In this document: one piece after another, positions 1 through 10,398 of the stretch
Layout: each line of letters starts with the position of its first letter
Position numbering within the stretch: position 1 is the stretch's first letter
Source of the DNA: Candidatus Buchananbacteria bacterium RIFCSPHIGHO2_02_FULL_39_17
GTDB taxonomy: Bacteria > Patescibacteriota > Patescibacteriia > Buchananbacterales > UBA6539
DNA length: 56,985 nt
Reading direction: 5' to 3'
Assembly (NCBI GenBank): GCA_001817425.1
Contig: MHII01000006.1
Span: 1 to 56,985 of the forward strand
The notes under the pieces: generated by a model
Database searches by the model: none
What the model was told of the DNA's origin: nothing
What the model saw: the letters and a program-made list of their open reading frames with translations, nothing else
Program-made: the position numbers and the translations under genes

Positions 1-330
1 CTGTAAAACACTTTTAGGTTGGATGTATTGAAAAAGGAATTGAGCGGCTTGTTGTTTGTCCACGGAGTTTTTGAATATCATCTGGTGAGCCAATTTGTTA
101 GAGCCAACCTGTTTAGCTATAATCAGAGACAAGCTTCTAAAGTAGGCCTCATCCATTTGGACCTTACCCTGTAAAATTGGCTCTAAATCAGGCAAATGAA
201 GCCTAAACTGTCTAAACCAGTGGTAAACCGCTACTTCACTGGTATGGCATAGTTTGCAGGTTTGTTTGACCGGAATTTGCTGTGTCCAGCACCAAAGCAA
301 AGCCCAAAAAGTTCGCTTAGGTTTTTTACG
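1..330 (-). mobile_element. IS1595/ISXO2-like transposase-like reading frame, cut by the window edge, no ATG (possible remnant)
   Basis: Minus-strand frame is open from the stop at 331-333 to position 1. Translation ...CKLCHTSEVAVYHWFRQFRLHLPDLEPILQGKVQMDEAYF... resembles the HTH plus the start of the DDE domain (xVExDExYF). Recognised by eye only. Confidence 0.35.
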
Positions 331-376
331 TTAAAACTTAAAAATTTGGGCGGGTTGACATGATTTCTTATTAAAT

Positions 377-418
377 GTATGATTGGCTTAGTCTTTTGTA
401 TGATTGGCTTAGTCTTTT
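377..418. repeat. tandem direct repeat, 2 x 21 bp (GTATGATTGGCTTAGTCTTTT)
   Basis: Two perfect adjacent copies at 377-397 and 398-418, with a partial third copy after them, upstream of ORF 495..848. Confidence 0.8.
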
Positions 419-494
419 TAAAATTAGTCTTGATTTTTTACTAGACAAAAAAATTAAAATAAACCGCTCTTTGATTTAGGAGGAGTCATTACTA

Positions 495-848
495 ATGCCA
501 AACAATAGTCCGAAAGGAGAGATAGTTAAAGTTAAGTTCCCAGTGGTAGTTGATAGTGGCAGGTGCCCGACCTGCGACGCTGACGTCAATCAATACATCA
601 GAGCCGCGGAAAAAGGAGAAATTGCTTTACCAACCTGCTGTCCTCACTGCGGCCAGCCCTTTGCTGAAGGCATTAAGAAACGAGTCTGGCGTTGTGGAAA
701 ATGCAACGGGGTTGTCCTTAACTTTGGTGAACAAAGATATTGCACTCATTGCCGAGGCGAATTAGTTTATCCGAAAGAAGCTGGTTACGAGGAACTGCTG
801 GCAAAAATGGAAAAAGAATCAGCCCAAGCAACAAAAGAGGTCGAATAG
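495..848 (+). CDS. multi-CxxC zinc-ribbon protein, unknown function
   Basis: SD AGGAGG lies 8 nt upstream of the ATG. Four Cys pairs are present (CPTC, CCPHC, CGKC, CTHC). Confidence 0.6.
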   Translation: MPNNSPKGEIVKVKFPVVVDSGRCPTCDADVNQYIRAAEKGEIALPTCCPHCGQPFAEGIKKRVWRCGKCNGVVLNFGEQRYCTHCRGELVYPKEAGYEELLAKMEKESAQATKEVE

Positions 849-907
849 TTTTTCGCCTCTTTTTTTCTTTTCCTTAATTTTGAGATTTGAGATTTGATTT
901 TTGAGAT

Positions 908-1765
908 TTATTCCACCGGCATATAGACTGCCGGGTCTAAAATATTTACCTCCGGAATAATATCAACACGGCTGACATAAGAAAGCGATTCATACCAGCG
1001 CATCTCAACTGGCCGAGTTTCACCGGACTTAAAATTATCTAAAGCCAAATAATTCGCCCCAACGACTTGGTCGCCGCTGAATAAAACCATATAAACGCCC
1101 ACTTGCCAATAATTATAGGCGCTTTGATTAGTAATTTTAAAATTTAAGGTACTAACCGCCGAACTGCTGCTGCCCACGCCCGCATTTTTAAACTCAACTT
1201 CATTTGAACTAAACTGAAAGCGTTGCTGGCGGAAATCTTCATAATTAGAAACCCGCCGCCAATTAACTTGAGCTAAGCGAATCGCCGGCGCGGTGTCAGC
1301 GCTTGATTCTAAACCAAAAAAGGCAATGTATTTCTCTTCCCCCGGCAAAATAAAACTATGTTTTTCCGCCATCACTTGGCTACCAGCGACTAACTGAAAT
1401 AAGGCTTTAGCCGCGGTCAATTTCAAATTAGGATTTCTGACTTTAAGGATATAGTCAAAACGACCATCTCGACTGCCTAAAACCGCCGAATCTAAAATTT
1501 CTAACGGTATGGGCCGATTAATCTCATGAAAATAACGATAATCAATCAGGTTGCCGGAAAGCTGATTTAGATCCTGCTTTAAAAGCGGATCCTGAACCAC
1601 AAAAATTAAAAGCCCAAGGTATAAGCTATAGCTATAAAAAACCAAGTTCAAAAAAATTAAAAAACCAACTAAAATTTTTCGCAGCAGGAGTTTATGGGTG
1701 ACATACCAATAGCTGGCTTTGAGTTTAAAATCAATGATTTGATTGGGCAGGATTGGCTCGACCAT
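908..1765 (-). CDS. N-terminally membrane-anchored hypothetical protein
   Basis: 285-aa ORF with a hydrophobic helix near the N-terminus. No family recognised. Confidence 0.5.
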   Translation of the reverse strand: MVEPILPNQIIDFKLKASYWYVTHKLLLRKILVGFLIFLNLVFYSYSLYLGLLIFVVQDPLLKQDLNQLSGNLIDYRYFHEINRPIPLEILDSAVLGSRDGRFDYILKVRNPNLKLTAAKALFQLVAGSQVMAEKHSFILPGEEKYIAFFGLESSADTAPAIRLAQVNWRRVSNYEDFRQQRFQFSSNEVEFKNAGVGSSSSAVSTLNFKITNQSAYNYWQVGVYMVLFSGDQVVGANYLALDNFKSGETRPVEMRWYESLSYVSRVDIIPEVNILDPAVYMPVE

Positions 1766-2001
1766 AGAATTAAATAAATCAAGTTGGCAAGTAAATCAAG
1801 TTAGCAGGTTTAAACTAAATTGCCATCCCCTTACCCTTCGATAAACTTAAGGTGGACCCTGAATGTAACTGAAAGGTCACCCTTCCCTCTGCCCCTTATT
1901 TAAGGGGAGAGGGATCAAGGAAGAGGGGTTTACTTGATTTACTAATTCATTAACTTGCTTTTTATTATACCATAATTTATCCAAAAATTGTACTTTTCCC
2001 C

Positions 2002-2030
2002 TTGCCCAGCCGGCTTTTTAATGCTATAAT
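2002..2030 (+). promoter_or_regulatory. sigma70-like promoter for gyrB
   Basis: TTGCCC (2002-2007), 17-nt spacer, TATAAT (2025-2030). Confidence 0.5.
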
Positions 2031-2112
2031 GGAAGTATAATAAAATGACTCAGATTAAGCAAAATTAGATTGATTTTATAGGTCAAATACCTATATTTTT
2101 AATTTCCAATAA

Positions 2113-4146
<2,034 letters not shown>

Positions 4147-4339
4147 AGTTAAGCGCTTCAAAATTAATATTATCTGAGTCTCGCCCCGCTCTAAACTAAA
4201 ATTAAAACACTAATTCTCCACAAATCAGCCGAAGGCGGTCTCCGCGCCAAATAAACTTTACAACTATCTAAAATTTCTCCGCGAGTTTAGGGCGGTGGTC
4301 CATGCGCATGCGAAGAGCGTTAAAAACTTAGACATTTAA
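4147..4339. mobile_element. miniature insertion after gyrB: spacer, ~112-nt structured element (4184-4295) and a displaced copy of the gyrB 3' end (4298-4339)
   Basis: 4298-4339 encodes [13 protein letters not shown], against [13 protein letters not shown] at 4105-4146. There are 7 differences in 42 nt, 6 of them synonymous. The element has inverted ends CCCCGCTCTAAACT/AGTTTAGGGCGG. Confidence 0.75.
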
Positions 4340-4387
4340 AAAAAGCCTGCCAAAAATTTGGCAGACAGACGAAGCAATCAAAGCTGA

Positions 4388-4798
4388 TTAAATATCCTCT
4401 AATCTAAAAATCATTTGACTTAAAACTGCCTGCATCTTTGTTACTTCTTTATCAGTGATTAGATTCTGAACTCCTGGCCTTGATTTTTTCGCTTGGCTTG
4501 AGGCAGATGGAATTTTTGTTTCCTCTGGCTCTCTTGCTAAATCATTACCAACAAGCTCTCTCAAAATCTCATTAATATGAGTTAATTGTTCCACAAGAGA
4601 CTTACGAAAACGGTTATCGCTTAGACGAGCAACCCACCAGTGAAGACAGTCAGGTAAAAACCTAACCATCAACAAAACCAGAGGTTTTTTGCAAGCAGAA
4701 CAATGGAAAGCTGAAATATTAATACCAAGGAAATTGCTTAGATTAAATTGCATCAGCAAACCGCAATGTGGACAACGAAAATCAATCTGATTTTTCAT
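4388..4798 (-). CDS. zinc-ribbon protein, unknown function
   Basis: SD GGGAGGG lies 6 nt upstream of the ATG at 4798. CPHC and CSAC pairs are present. Confidence 0.55.
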   Translation of the reverse strand: MKNQIDFRCPHCGLLMQFNLSNFLGINISAFHCSACKKPLVLLMVRFLPDCLHWWVARLSDNRFRKSLVEQLTHINEILRELVGNDLAREPEETKIPSASSQAKKSRPGVQNLITDKEVTKMQAVLSQMIFRLEDI

Positions 4799-5054
4799 TT
4801 TCTGCCCTCCCGATGGTTTAACGTTCAAGGAACAAAAGATCTTAATTTTATTATAATATTAAATAATAAAAAAATCTACCCCCTTGACGAACTTAAATTT
4901 CCTGTGGTATTATGAAATTAAAAAATAATCAATAATCTAAAAAGTCCCCGGGGGGCTTTTTAAAATCCCGCAATTGATACCAATTACGGAATGATATAAA
5001 TAAATTCGTAGCATCTGAAGATTCGCATAAATTAGCAAATTAGCATTGTGTTTT

Positions 5055-5243
5055 ATGAATATTTCAAATAAAATCATAAACTACATTAAAGCTTCACAGC
5101 AAGAACTAAAAAAAGTCATTTGGCCTTCCCAAAAAGAGATCATCCAGCACACTTTATTAGTCATTGGCATTAGTCTTGGGGTATCAGTCTTTCTTGGAGT
5201 GATTGACTATATTTTAACCCTGATTTTAGAAGTTATCATTTAA
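5055..5243 (+). CDS. secE: preprotein translocase subunit SecE
   Basis: Small protein with ELKKVIWPSQKE followed by one TM helix, directly upstream of nusG. Confidence 0.85.
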   Translation: MNISNKIINYIKASQQELKKVIWPSQKEIIQHTLLVIGISLGVSVFLGVIDYILTLILEVII

Positions 5244-5346
5244 TAAATATGCCGCCATCAGGCGACTCAAAAATTTTAAATTCCCGCAAAAGGGATCAGT
5301 GGTTCCAACGGGACTTTACTGGTTTGATTTTTAAATTATTTAAGGT

Positions 5347-5892
5347 ATGCCTAAACAAACACTACAACAAGGTCGGCGCTGGTATGTGATTCATACTTAT
5401 TCCGGCTACGAAGAAAATGTCAAGCGTAATTTAGAACAAAGGACTGAATCAATGGATATGGAGGATAAAATTTTTAATGTTTTAATTCCGACTGAAAAAA
5501 AAATTAAAATTAAAAATGGCAAAAGAAAAGTGGTGACGGAAAAAATTTTCCCCGGTTATGTTTTAGTGGAAATGGTCGTTGACGATAACTCCTGGTACGT
5601 AGTGAGAAACACGCCAAATGTCACGGGCTTTATCGGCTCAGGCACCACCCCAACGCCAATCTCTGATCAAGAAATTAAAAATCTGCAAAAACGCATGGGC
5701 GTAGAGGAACCGACGTTTAAAATTGATGTCACGATCGGCGCGCCGGTCAGAATCGTTGACGGTCCATTTAAAGGCTACGAAGGCAAAGTTAATAAAATTG
5801 ATGAAGCCCGCGGCAAAATAAAAGTCTTAATTTCTATATTTGGCCGCGAAACCCCGGTAGAGCTTGATTTTCTACAAGTCAAAAAAATCTAA
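5347..5892 (+). CDS. nusG: transcription termination/antitermination factor NusG
   Basis: WYVIHTYSGYE, the NGN and KOW (GPFKGYEGKV) motifs, and the secE-nusG-rplK synteny. Confidence 0.95.
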   Translation: MPKQTLQQGRRWYVIHTYSGYEENVKRNLEQRTESMDMEDKIFNVLIPTEKKIKIKNGKRKVVTEKIFPGYVLVEMVVDDNSWYVVRNTPNVTGFIGSGTTPTPISDQEIKNLQKRMGVEEPTFKIDVTIGAPVRIVDGPFKGYEGKVNKIDEARGKIKVLISIFGRETPVELDFLQVKKI

Positions 5893-5985
5893 TATGATAC
5901 CAATTATACCAATCTACAAATAACATACCTTTATAAATTGTAGATTCGTAGATTAATATTCATTCGTAATTAGCATCATATTTAT

Positions 5986-6411
5986 ATGGCGAAAAAAATT
6001 AAAACTATAGTCAAAATTCAGATTCCAGGCGCTCAAGCTAACCCCGCGCCACCAGTCGGTCCGGCTTTAGGTCAGCATGGCTTAAATATTGCTGAATTCT
6101 GCCAAAAATTTAATGAACGAACAAAAGACCGACCAGGTGAATTAACTCCGGTTGAAGTCACGATCTATGAAGATCGCACTTATTCTTTTGCCACCAAAAC
6201 TTCACCCGCTTCGGAATTACTAAAAAAGGCGGCTAAAATTGAAAAAGGTTCTGGCGACATTTTGAAAAAAAAGGTAGGTAAAGTCACCAAAGCCCAAGTT
6301 CGAGAAATTGCCCAGAAAAAAATGCCGGATTTAAATGCGAAAAATTTAGCTGGGGCGATGAAGATAATAGAAGGTACGGCTAGACAAATGGGGCTAGAGA
6401 TTACTGATTAA
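5986..6411 (+). CDS. rplK: 50S ribosomal protein L11
   Basis: [24 protein letters not shown] motif. Confidence 0.97.
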   Translation: MAKKIKTIVKIQIPGAQANPAPPVGPALGQHGLNIAEFCQKFNERTKDRPGELTPVEVTIYEDRTYSFATKTSPASELLKKAAKIEKGSGDILKKKVGKVTKAQVREIAQKKMPDLNAKNLAGAMKIIEGTARQMGLEITD

Positions 6412-6538
6412 GATAAGTTAATAGGTTGTCCCGCTTCGCCTGCGGCGGGTGGGATCCTCGATTTTGCGCCAAATCTAAGATTTGGGCAAAATCGGGAAGG
6501 GAACAGCCAGACAAATGGGATTAGAAATAATTGAATAG
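6412..6538. mobile_element. miniature insertion after rplK: spacer, hairpin element and a displaced copy of the rplK 3' end (6498-6538)
   Basis: 6503-6538 encodes [11 protein letters not shown], against [11 protein letters not shown] at 6376-6411. The differences are mostly third-position. Hairpins CGATTTTGCGCCAAATCT/AGATTTGGGCAAAATCG and CCCGC..GCGGG lie in between. Confidence 0.7.
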
Positions 6539-6540
6539 AA

Positions 6541-6655
6541 AATAAATTCCAAATTACAAATAAATTTCAATAGTCAAAATCCAAAATATTTTAATATTTT
6601 AAAAATTGTGATTTCTAATTTATTTGGAATTTAAAATTTGGATTTTGGATTTTAA
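6541..6655. repeat. AT-rich long imperfect palindrome (terminator-like repeat family)
   Basis: Arms AAATTCCAAAT...ATTTGGAATTT surround the centre AAATATTTTAATATTT. A homologous copy lies at 49641-49752. Confidence 0.7.
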
Positions 6656-6692
6656 AACTTTATTTAATTTTAAATATTAAATATCTAAATAT

Positions 6693-7658
6693 ATGGAACA
6701 ACAACTAAACCAAACTTTCCAAACAACGGCTGATAAAACCATCAAAGGACCAAAATCGCTTTTTTGGTATCTGACTTTATTTTTTACCCTCGGCATTACC
6801 GCCTTTCAGGTCGGCGGGCTTTGGTTTCAGTTCATTAACAAATGGCTGCCCAAAGAAGTGATTAGCGGCATGGTCCAGCCGTCTTTTGACCAAACCGCCC
6901 TAAAATTTGCGGTCGCCAGCATCATTGTCGCCACTCCCCTTTATTTTACCTTTAGTTATCTAATCCGCCGGGCATTAAAAAATCATAATTTAGACCCGAA
7001 AAATAAAATTCGGGTTTGGATTACTTATATCATTTTATTTTTAACCGTTGCCATTGCTGTTGGCGATTTAATTAATGCAATTTTCCATGTCTTAAATGGC
7101 GATTATACTCTGCGGTTTATTTTAAAAAGCTTATCCATTCTGATTATCATCAGCTGGATTTTTACTTATTATTGGCTTGAATTACGGTCAGAAAATTCAT
7201 TGACGACTTCAATTCTACCAAAACAAATGGCGGGCATTACTATCGCCGTCATTGTTGTTTCTTTTATCGGCTCTTTTTTCGTCGTTGATTCACCCCGATT
7301 AGCCAGAAGCAAAGCCTATGACCACACTCGAGCCGCTAACCTCCAAGAAATTGAATTTTCGGTTCAGAATTATTACTATCAAAATCAAAAATTGCCCGCT
7401 GACTTAGAAACCTTAAGATTAGACAATGTCACACTCGCCATCAGTGATCCTTCGACTGATAAACCTTATGAGTACCGAACCATTGACGATAAAAATTATG
7501 AACTTTGCGCGGAATTTGAAAATTCCAACCTAGACGTTAAAAATCGAGAATTCCAGCCATACTATTCGGAATTTGCTTATCAAAAAGGACGAAATTGTTT
7601 CACCAAAAAAGTGGTCTTGCCCACGGATCTTCAGGCAAAGCCATTACCGATTAGATGA
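6693..7658 (+). CDS. multi-pass membrane protein inserted between rplK and rplA (DUF5671-like, from memory)
   Basis: 321-aa ORF with several TM helices in the N-terminal two thirds. It interrupts the usual rplK-rplA adjacency. Confidence 0.6.
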   Translation: MEQQLNQTFQTTADKTIKGPKSLFWYLTLFFTLGITAFQVGGLWFQFINKWLPKEVISGMVQPSFDQTALKFAVASIIVATPLYFTFSYLIRRALKNHNLDPKNKIRVWITYIILFLTVAIAVGDLINAIFHVLNGDYTLRFILKSLSILIIISWIFTYYWLELRSENSLTTSILPKQMAGITIAVIVVSFIGSFFVVDSPRLARSKAYDHTRAANLQEIEFSVQNYYYQNQKLPADLETLRLDNVTLAISDPSTDKPYEYRTIDDKNYELCAEFENSNLDVKNREFQPYYSEFAYQKGRNCFTKKVVLPTDLQAKPLPIR

Positions 7659-7774
7659 AGCTTTGGAGGATTTACATAATAAATTTTAATTTTGCGGGAC
7701 CTAAAATTAGTCATTTAGGGTTTGCGCCGCGAAACCAACTGCTTGAGGGTAAGGTTTGGTAAAAAAAATGAACT

Positions 7775-8452
7775 ATGCGTTCAAAACGTTATTTAGAAAC
7801 TGTCAAAAAAATTGATAAGAATAAAACTTATCCGATCAATGAAGCCATTAAATTAATTAAGCAAACCGCAACCACCAAATTTGATGGTTCGATTGAGGTT
7901 CACTGCCACCTGGGGATTGACCCGGGTAAAAGCGAACAACAAGTCAGAGGCGTTGTCAGCTTGCCTTATGGTACCGGCAAAACCAAAAAAATTATTGCCT
8001 TTGTCGGTCCGGAACAAGAAAAAATCGCAAAAGCATCGGGCGCCGATATTATTGGCGGCACTGAATTAATTGACCAAATTAAAAACACCGGCAAAGTTGA
8101 TTTTGATATTGCTGTAGCCACGCCTGACTTAATGCCCAAACTCGCGGCGATTGCTAAAATTTTAGGTCCCAAAGGCTTAATGCCTTCGCCCAAAAATGAA
8201 ACCATTACCAAAAATTTAGAAAAAACAATCGCGGAATTAAAAAAAGGCAAAATCAATTTCAAAAGTGATGATACCGGAAATATCCATCAGGTCATCGGCA
8301 AAGTTTCCTTTGTTGAAAACCAGCTTGAAGAAAATTTCCGCACCCTTATCGAAGCCGTCAAAAAAGCAAAACCTGCTTCCGCGAAAGGAATTTATCTGCA
8401 GAATGTCAGTCTTTCTTCCTCAATGGGGCCGGGGATTAAAGTAGAAATATAA
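7775..8452 (+). CDS. rplA: 50S ribosomal protein L1
   Basis: Motifs FDGSIEVHCHLGIDP, VRGVVSLPYGTGK and LGPKGLMPSPK. Confidence 0.96.
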   Translation: MRSKRYLETVKKIDKNKTYPINEAIKLIKQTATTKFDGSIEVHCHLGIDPGKSEQQVRGVVSLPYGTGKTKKIIAFVGPEQEKIAKASGADIIGGTELIDQIKNTGKVDFDIAVATPDLMPKLAAIAKILGPKGLMPSPKNETITKNLEKTIAELKKGKINFKSDDTGNIHQVIGKVSFVENQLEENFRTLIEAVKKAKPASAKGIYLQNVSLSSSMGPGIKVEI

Positions 8453-8471
8453 ACTAATTTATATCAGAACT

Positions 8472-8498
8472 AACCCCGCCTAACTGGCGGGGTTTTAA
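8472..8498 (+). terminator. intrinsic terminator after rplA
   Basis: Stem CCCCGCC / GGCGGGG with loop TAACT, followed by TTTT. Confidence 0.75.
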
Positions 8499-8502
8499 TT
8501 AT

Positions 8503-8895
8503 TTAATGATCCTTACCAATCTTATTTTGCATCAACTGTTTTAGCTCAAAAGTATCAGCGTGCTGGCAAACTCCAAAATAAGATGAAAAATTGTGGCTGT
8601 TTATTCTGTACAAGAACCGATGTTTTGTTTTAGTTCGCAAAACGACACCATATGGCGAATGAACATAGCCGACAAAATCAATCCCCTGGCTCCAAGACCT
8701 AATGTTAATTTTGACCGGATGAATTTTTAATTTTAATTTCTCGTTTAAAAATACGCTAACTTTGGGAATAATGCTCAAAAGATAGTGACGAGATTGATTA
8801 ATAATTAAAAAATCATCGCAATACCTTAAGTACCATTTTTCTCTTAAGCTGTGCTTAATAAAATAATCAAGTTCATTTAAGATAAATATTAGCAA
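8503..8895 (-). CDS. DGR-type reverse transcriptase, C-terminal part (motif 5 YCDD, thumb)
   Basis: Contains NELDYFIKH...RYCDDFLII and GIDFVGY. It continues the upstream ORF if one A of the AAA run (plus-strand TTT at 8876-8878) is removed. Confidence 0.85.
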   Translation of the reverse strand: MLIFILNELDYFIKHSLREKWYLRYCDDFLIINQSRHYLLSIIPKVSVFLNEKLKLKIHPVKINIRSWSQGIDFVGYVHSPYGVVLRTKTKHRFLYRINSHNFSSYFGVCQHADTFELKQLMQNKIGKDH

Positions 8896-9571
8896 AAAGT
8901 TGACTTGTCAAATTACCAAGTGGCAGACCTTTGTTCGGCGCCTTAGAAAAACTACCAATAATATGCCTTAACAGTTTAATTGTTTTTTCGTCTTTAATTT
9001 GGCAGCAAATAAAATCTAAAAGAATATTATGGTCAATGCTGTCAAAAAATTTGCTGACATCACACTTTAAAGCATAAATAGTTTTAGTGTTATTCTGGCT
9101 AGCTTTTGACAAAAAATCACGCAGGCGATAGGAAGCGCCGTGAATGCCCTTGCCAATTCGGCAGGAAAAGCTATTAAAAATAAATCGTTTTTCAAAAATT
9201 GGCTCAATAATGTTGACTACGGCCTGATGGACAATTCTATCTTTTACCGTGGTTTTATGAATTTGGCGCTTTTTAGGATCATAAACAATAAAAGGCTGAT
9301 ATTTACCATGGCAATAATTTTGATTTTTTAATTCAGCCTGTAGATTAAAAAGATTCTCTTCTAAATTTCTTTCATAAATCATTACATCTCGGCGAGAGTG
9401 TTTGCTTTTGGCAAACTTATACCAAGCTAAAAAAACATTTTCTAGGAAGAAAATTTTATCATAAAGCGATTTACTGGTATAATTATTATTACCATGACCC
9501 AAAATGATTTTATTAATCCCCCCCCCAACGGGTCTTACGGAAAAAGCATGCTGGATATTCCGATTATTCAT
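8873..9571 (-). CDS. DGR-type reverse transcriptase, N-terminal part (motifs 1-4), ending at a frameshift
   Basis: Contains DPKKRQIHKTTVKDRIVHQAV, KCDVSKFFDSIDH and the motif-4 sequence GLPLGNLTSQ ([ILV]GxxxSQ, the DGR hallmark). The start is uncertain because it overlaps the divergent avd. Confidence 0.85.
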   Translation of the reverse strand: MNNRNIQHAFSVRPVGGGINKIILGHGNNNYTSKSLYDKIFFLENVFLAWYKFAKSKHSRRDVMIYERNLEENLFNLQAELKNQNYCHGKYQPFIVYDPKKRQIHKTTVKDRIVHQAVVNIIEPIFEKRFIFNSFSCRIGKGIHGASYRLRDFLSKASQNNTKTIYALKCDVSKFFDSIDHNILLDFICCQIKDEKTIKLLRHIIGSFSKAPNKGLPLGNLTSQLFANIYLK

Positions 9572-9889
9572 CTGCTTTATGATTTTTATAAATTATGGCA
9601 CAAAGTTAGTTTAAACTTCCCTAAATCCCAGCGCTACACCCTAGGGCAAATCTGCGGCACTGATTTGTTACTGCTTTTAAAAAATATCTTGGCCGCTTCG
9701 GCAACCAAAGATCGAAAAATAAAATTAGAAAAACTGCGCCAGGCCAGCATCAAGCTTGATCTGATAAAAATTCTTATCAGGTTAGCTAAAGACTGCGACT
9801 GCCTACAAAATAAATCATATTTAGAGCTTCAGTCAAAACTCCATGGTATCGGCAAGATGCTTGGCGGCTGGATTAAATCTCTTGAATAA
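9548..9889 (+). CDS. avd: four-helix-bundle protein, Avd-like (23S rRNA IVS protein family)
   Basis: PKSQRYTLGQ and ...LHGIGKMLGGWIKSL are typical of this family. It is adjacent to the RT and TR but on the opposite strand. Confidence 0.75.
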   Translation: MLDIPIIHLLYDFYKLWHKVSLNFPKSQRYTLGQICGTDLLLLLKNILAASATKDRKIKLEKLRQASIKLDLIKILIRLAKDCDCLQNKSYLELQSKLHGIGKMLGGWIKSLE

Positions 9890-9942
9890 AAATTTACACA
9901 AACACCCGGTAAATTAACCGAGTGTTTGCTATTTTTGGCAAG

Positions 9943-10076
9943 CATTCCCAAAGACAGGAACCGCCCGGTGGCCGTGACGATTAGAAGCGTCGTCGGCCTT
10001 GAGCTTGACTTGACGATTATCGCAATTCCAGTTCAAGTTCGGCACGTATGACCAAGGCTGGTTGCCCGAAACAGAT
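9943..10076 (-). repeat. DGR template repeat (TR)
   Basis: Non-coding copy of the VR. On the minus strand it carries AAY codons at the positions that differ in the VR. Confidence 0.85.
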
Positions 10077-10103
10077 TAAATATTTCTATTCTTCCATTGC
10101 ACC

Positions 10104-10125
10104 GGACACAGGCGCACCCGTGTCC
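10104..10125. promoter_or_regulatory. GC-rich hairpin flanking the TR
   Basis: GGACAC-A-GG CGCA CC-C-GTGTCC, 28 nt from the TR end. Confidence 0.5.
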
Positions 10126-10398
10126 TGAATTTTATGCAAGATATAAGCTTGAAGCTTTATCTTAAAATAGAAATACGGAGTGCTTTACCATTGCTCTGCT
10201 CTCTTTTGACCGCCAACAGAAGCAGCCAAAACTTTGACAGATAAATGCAAGATAAAAAATTTCGGCGATTCCGATTCTTAAACCGGAATTCATAAGCCTA
10301 CTCTTTCGGTAATAATTATAGCATAATAAAAACAGGGTTTGAAGACCAAGATCCAAAAACCTTGAATTTCCAAACCCCAAAAGGCCAAGTACCGAATA

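Noticed and set aside
8870-8885. Programmed +1 frameshift (CUU-A-AAU) in the RT
   Set aside because: CUU to UUA re-pairing is not a recognised slippery context, and nothing else supports recoding. I kept it only as an alternative to mutation or assembly error.
8503-9571. Reading the RT as a group II intron maturase or a retron RT
   Set aside because: I saw no intron RNA domains (no D5/D6-like hairpins) and no X/En domains. Motif 4 is LGNLTSQ rather than the intron-type QGxxxSP. A TR/VR pair and an Avd-like gene are adjacent.
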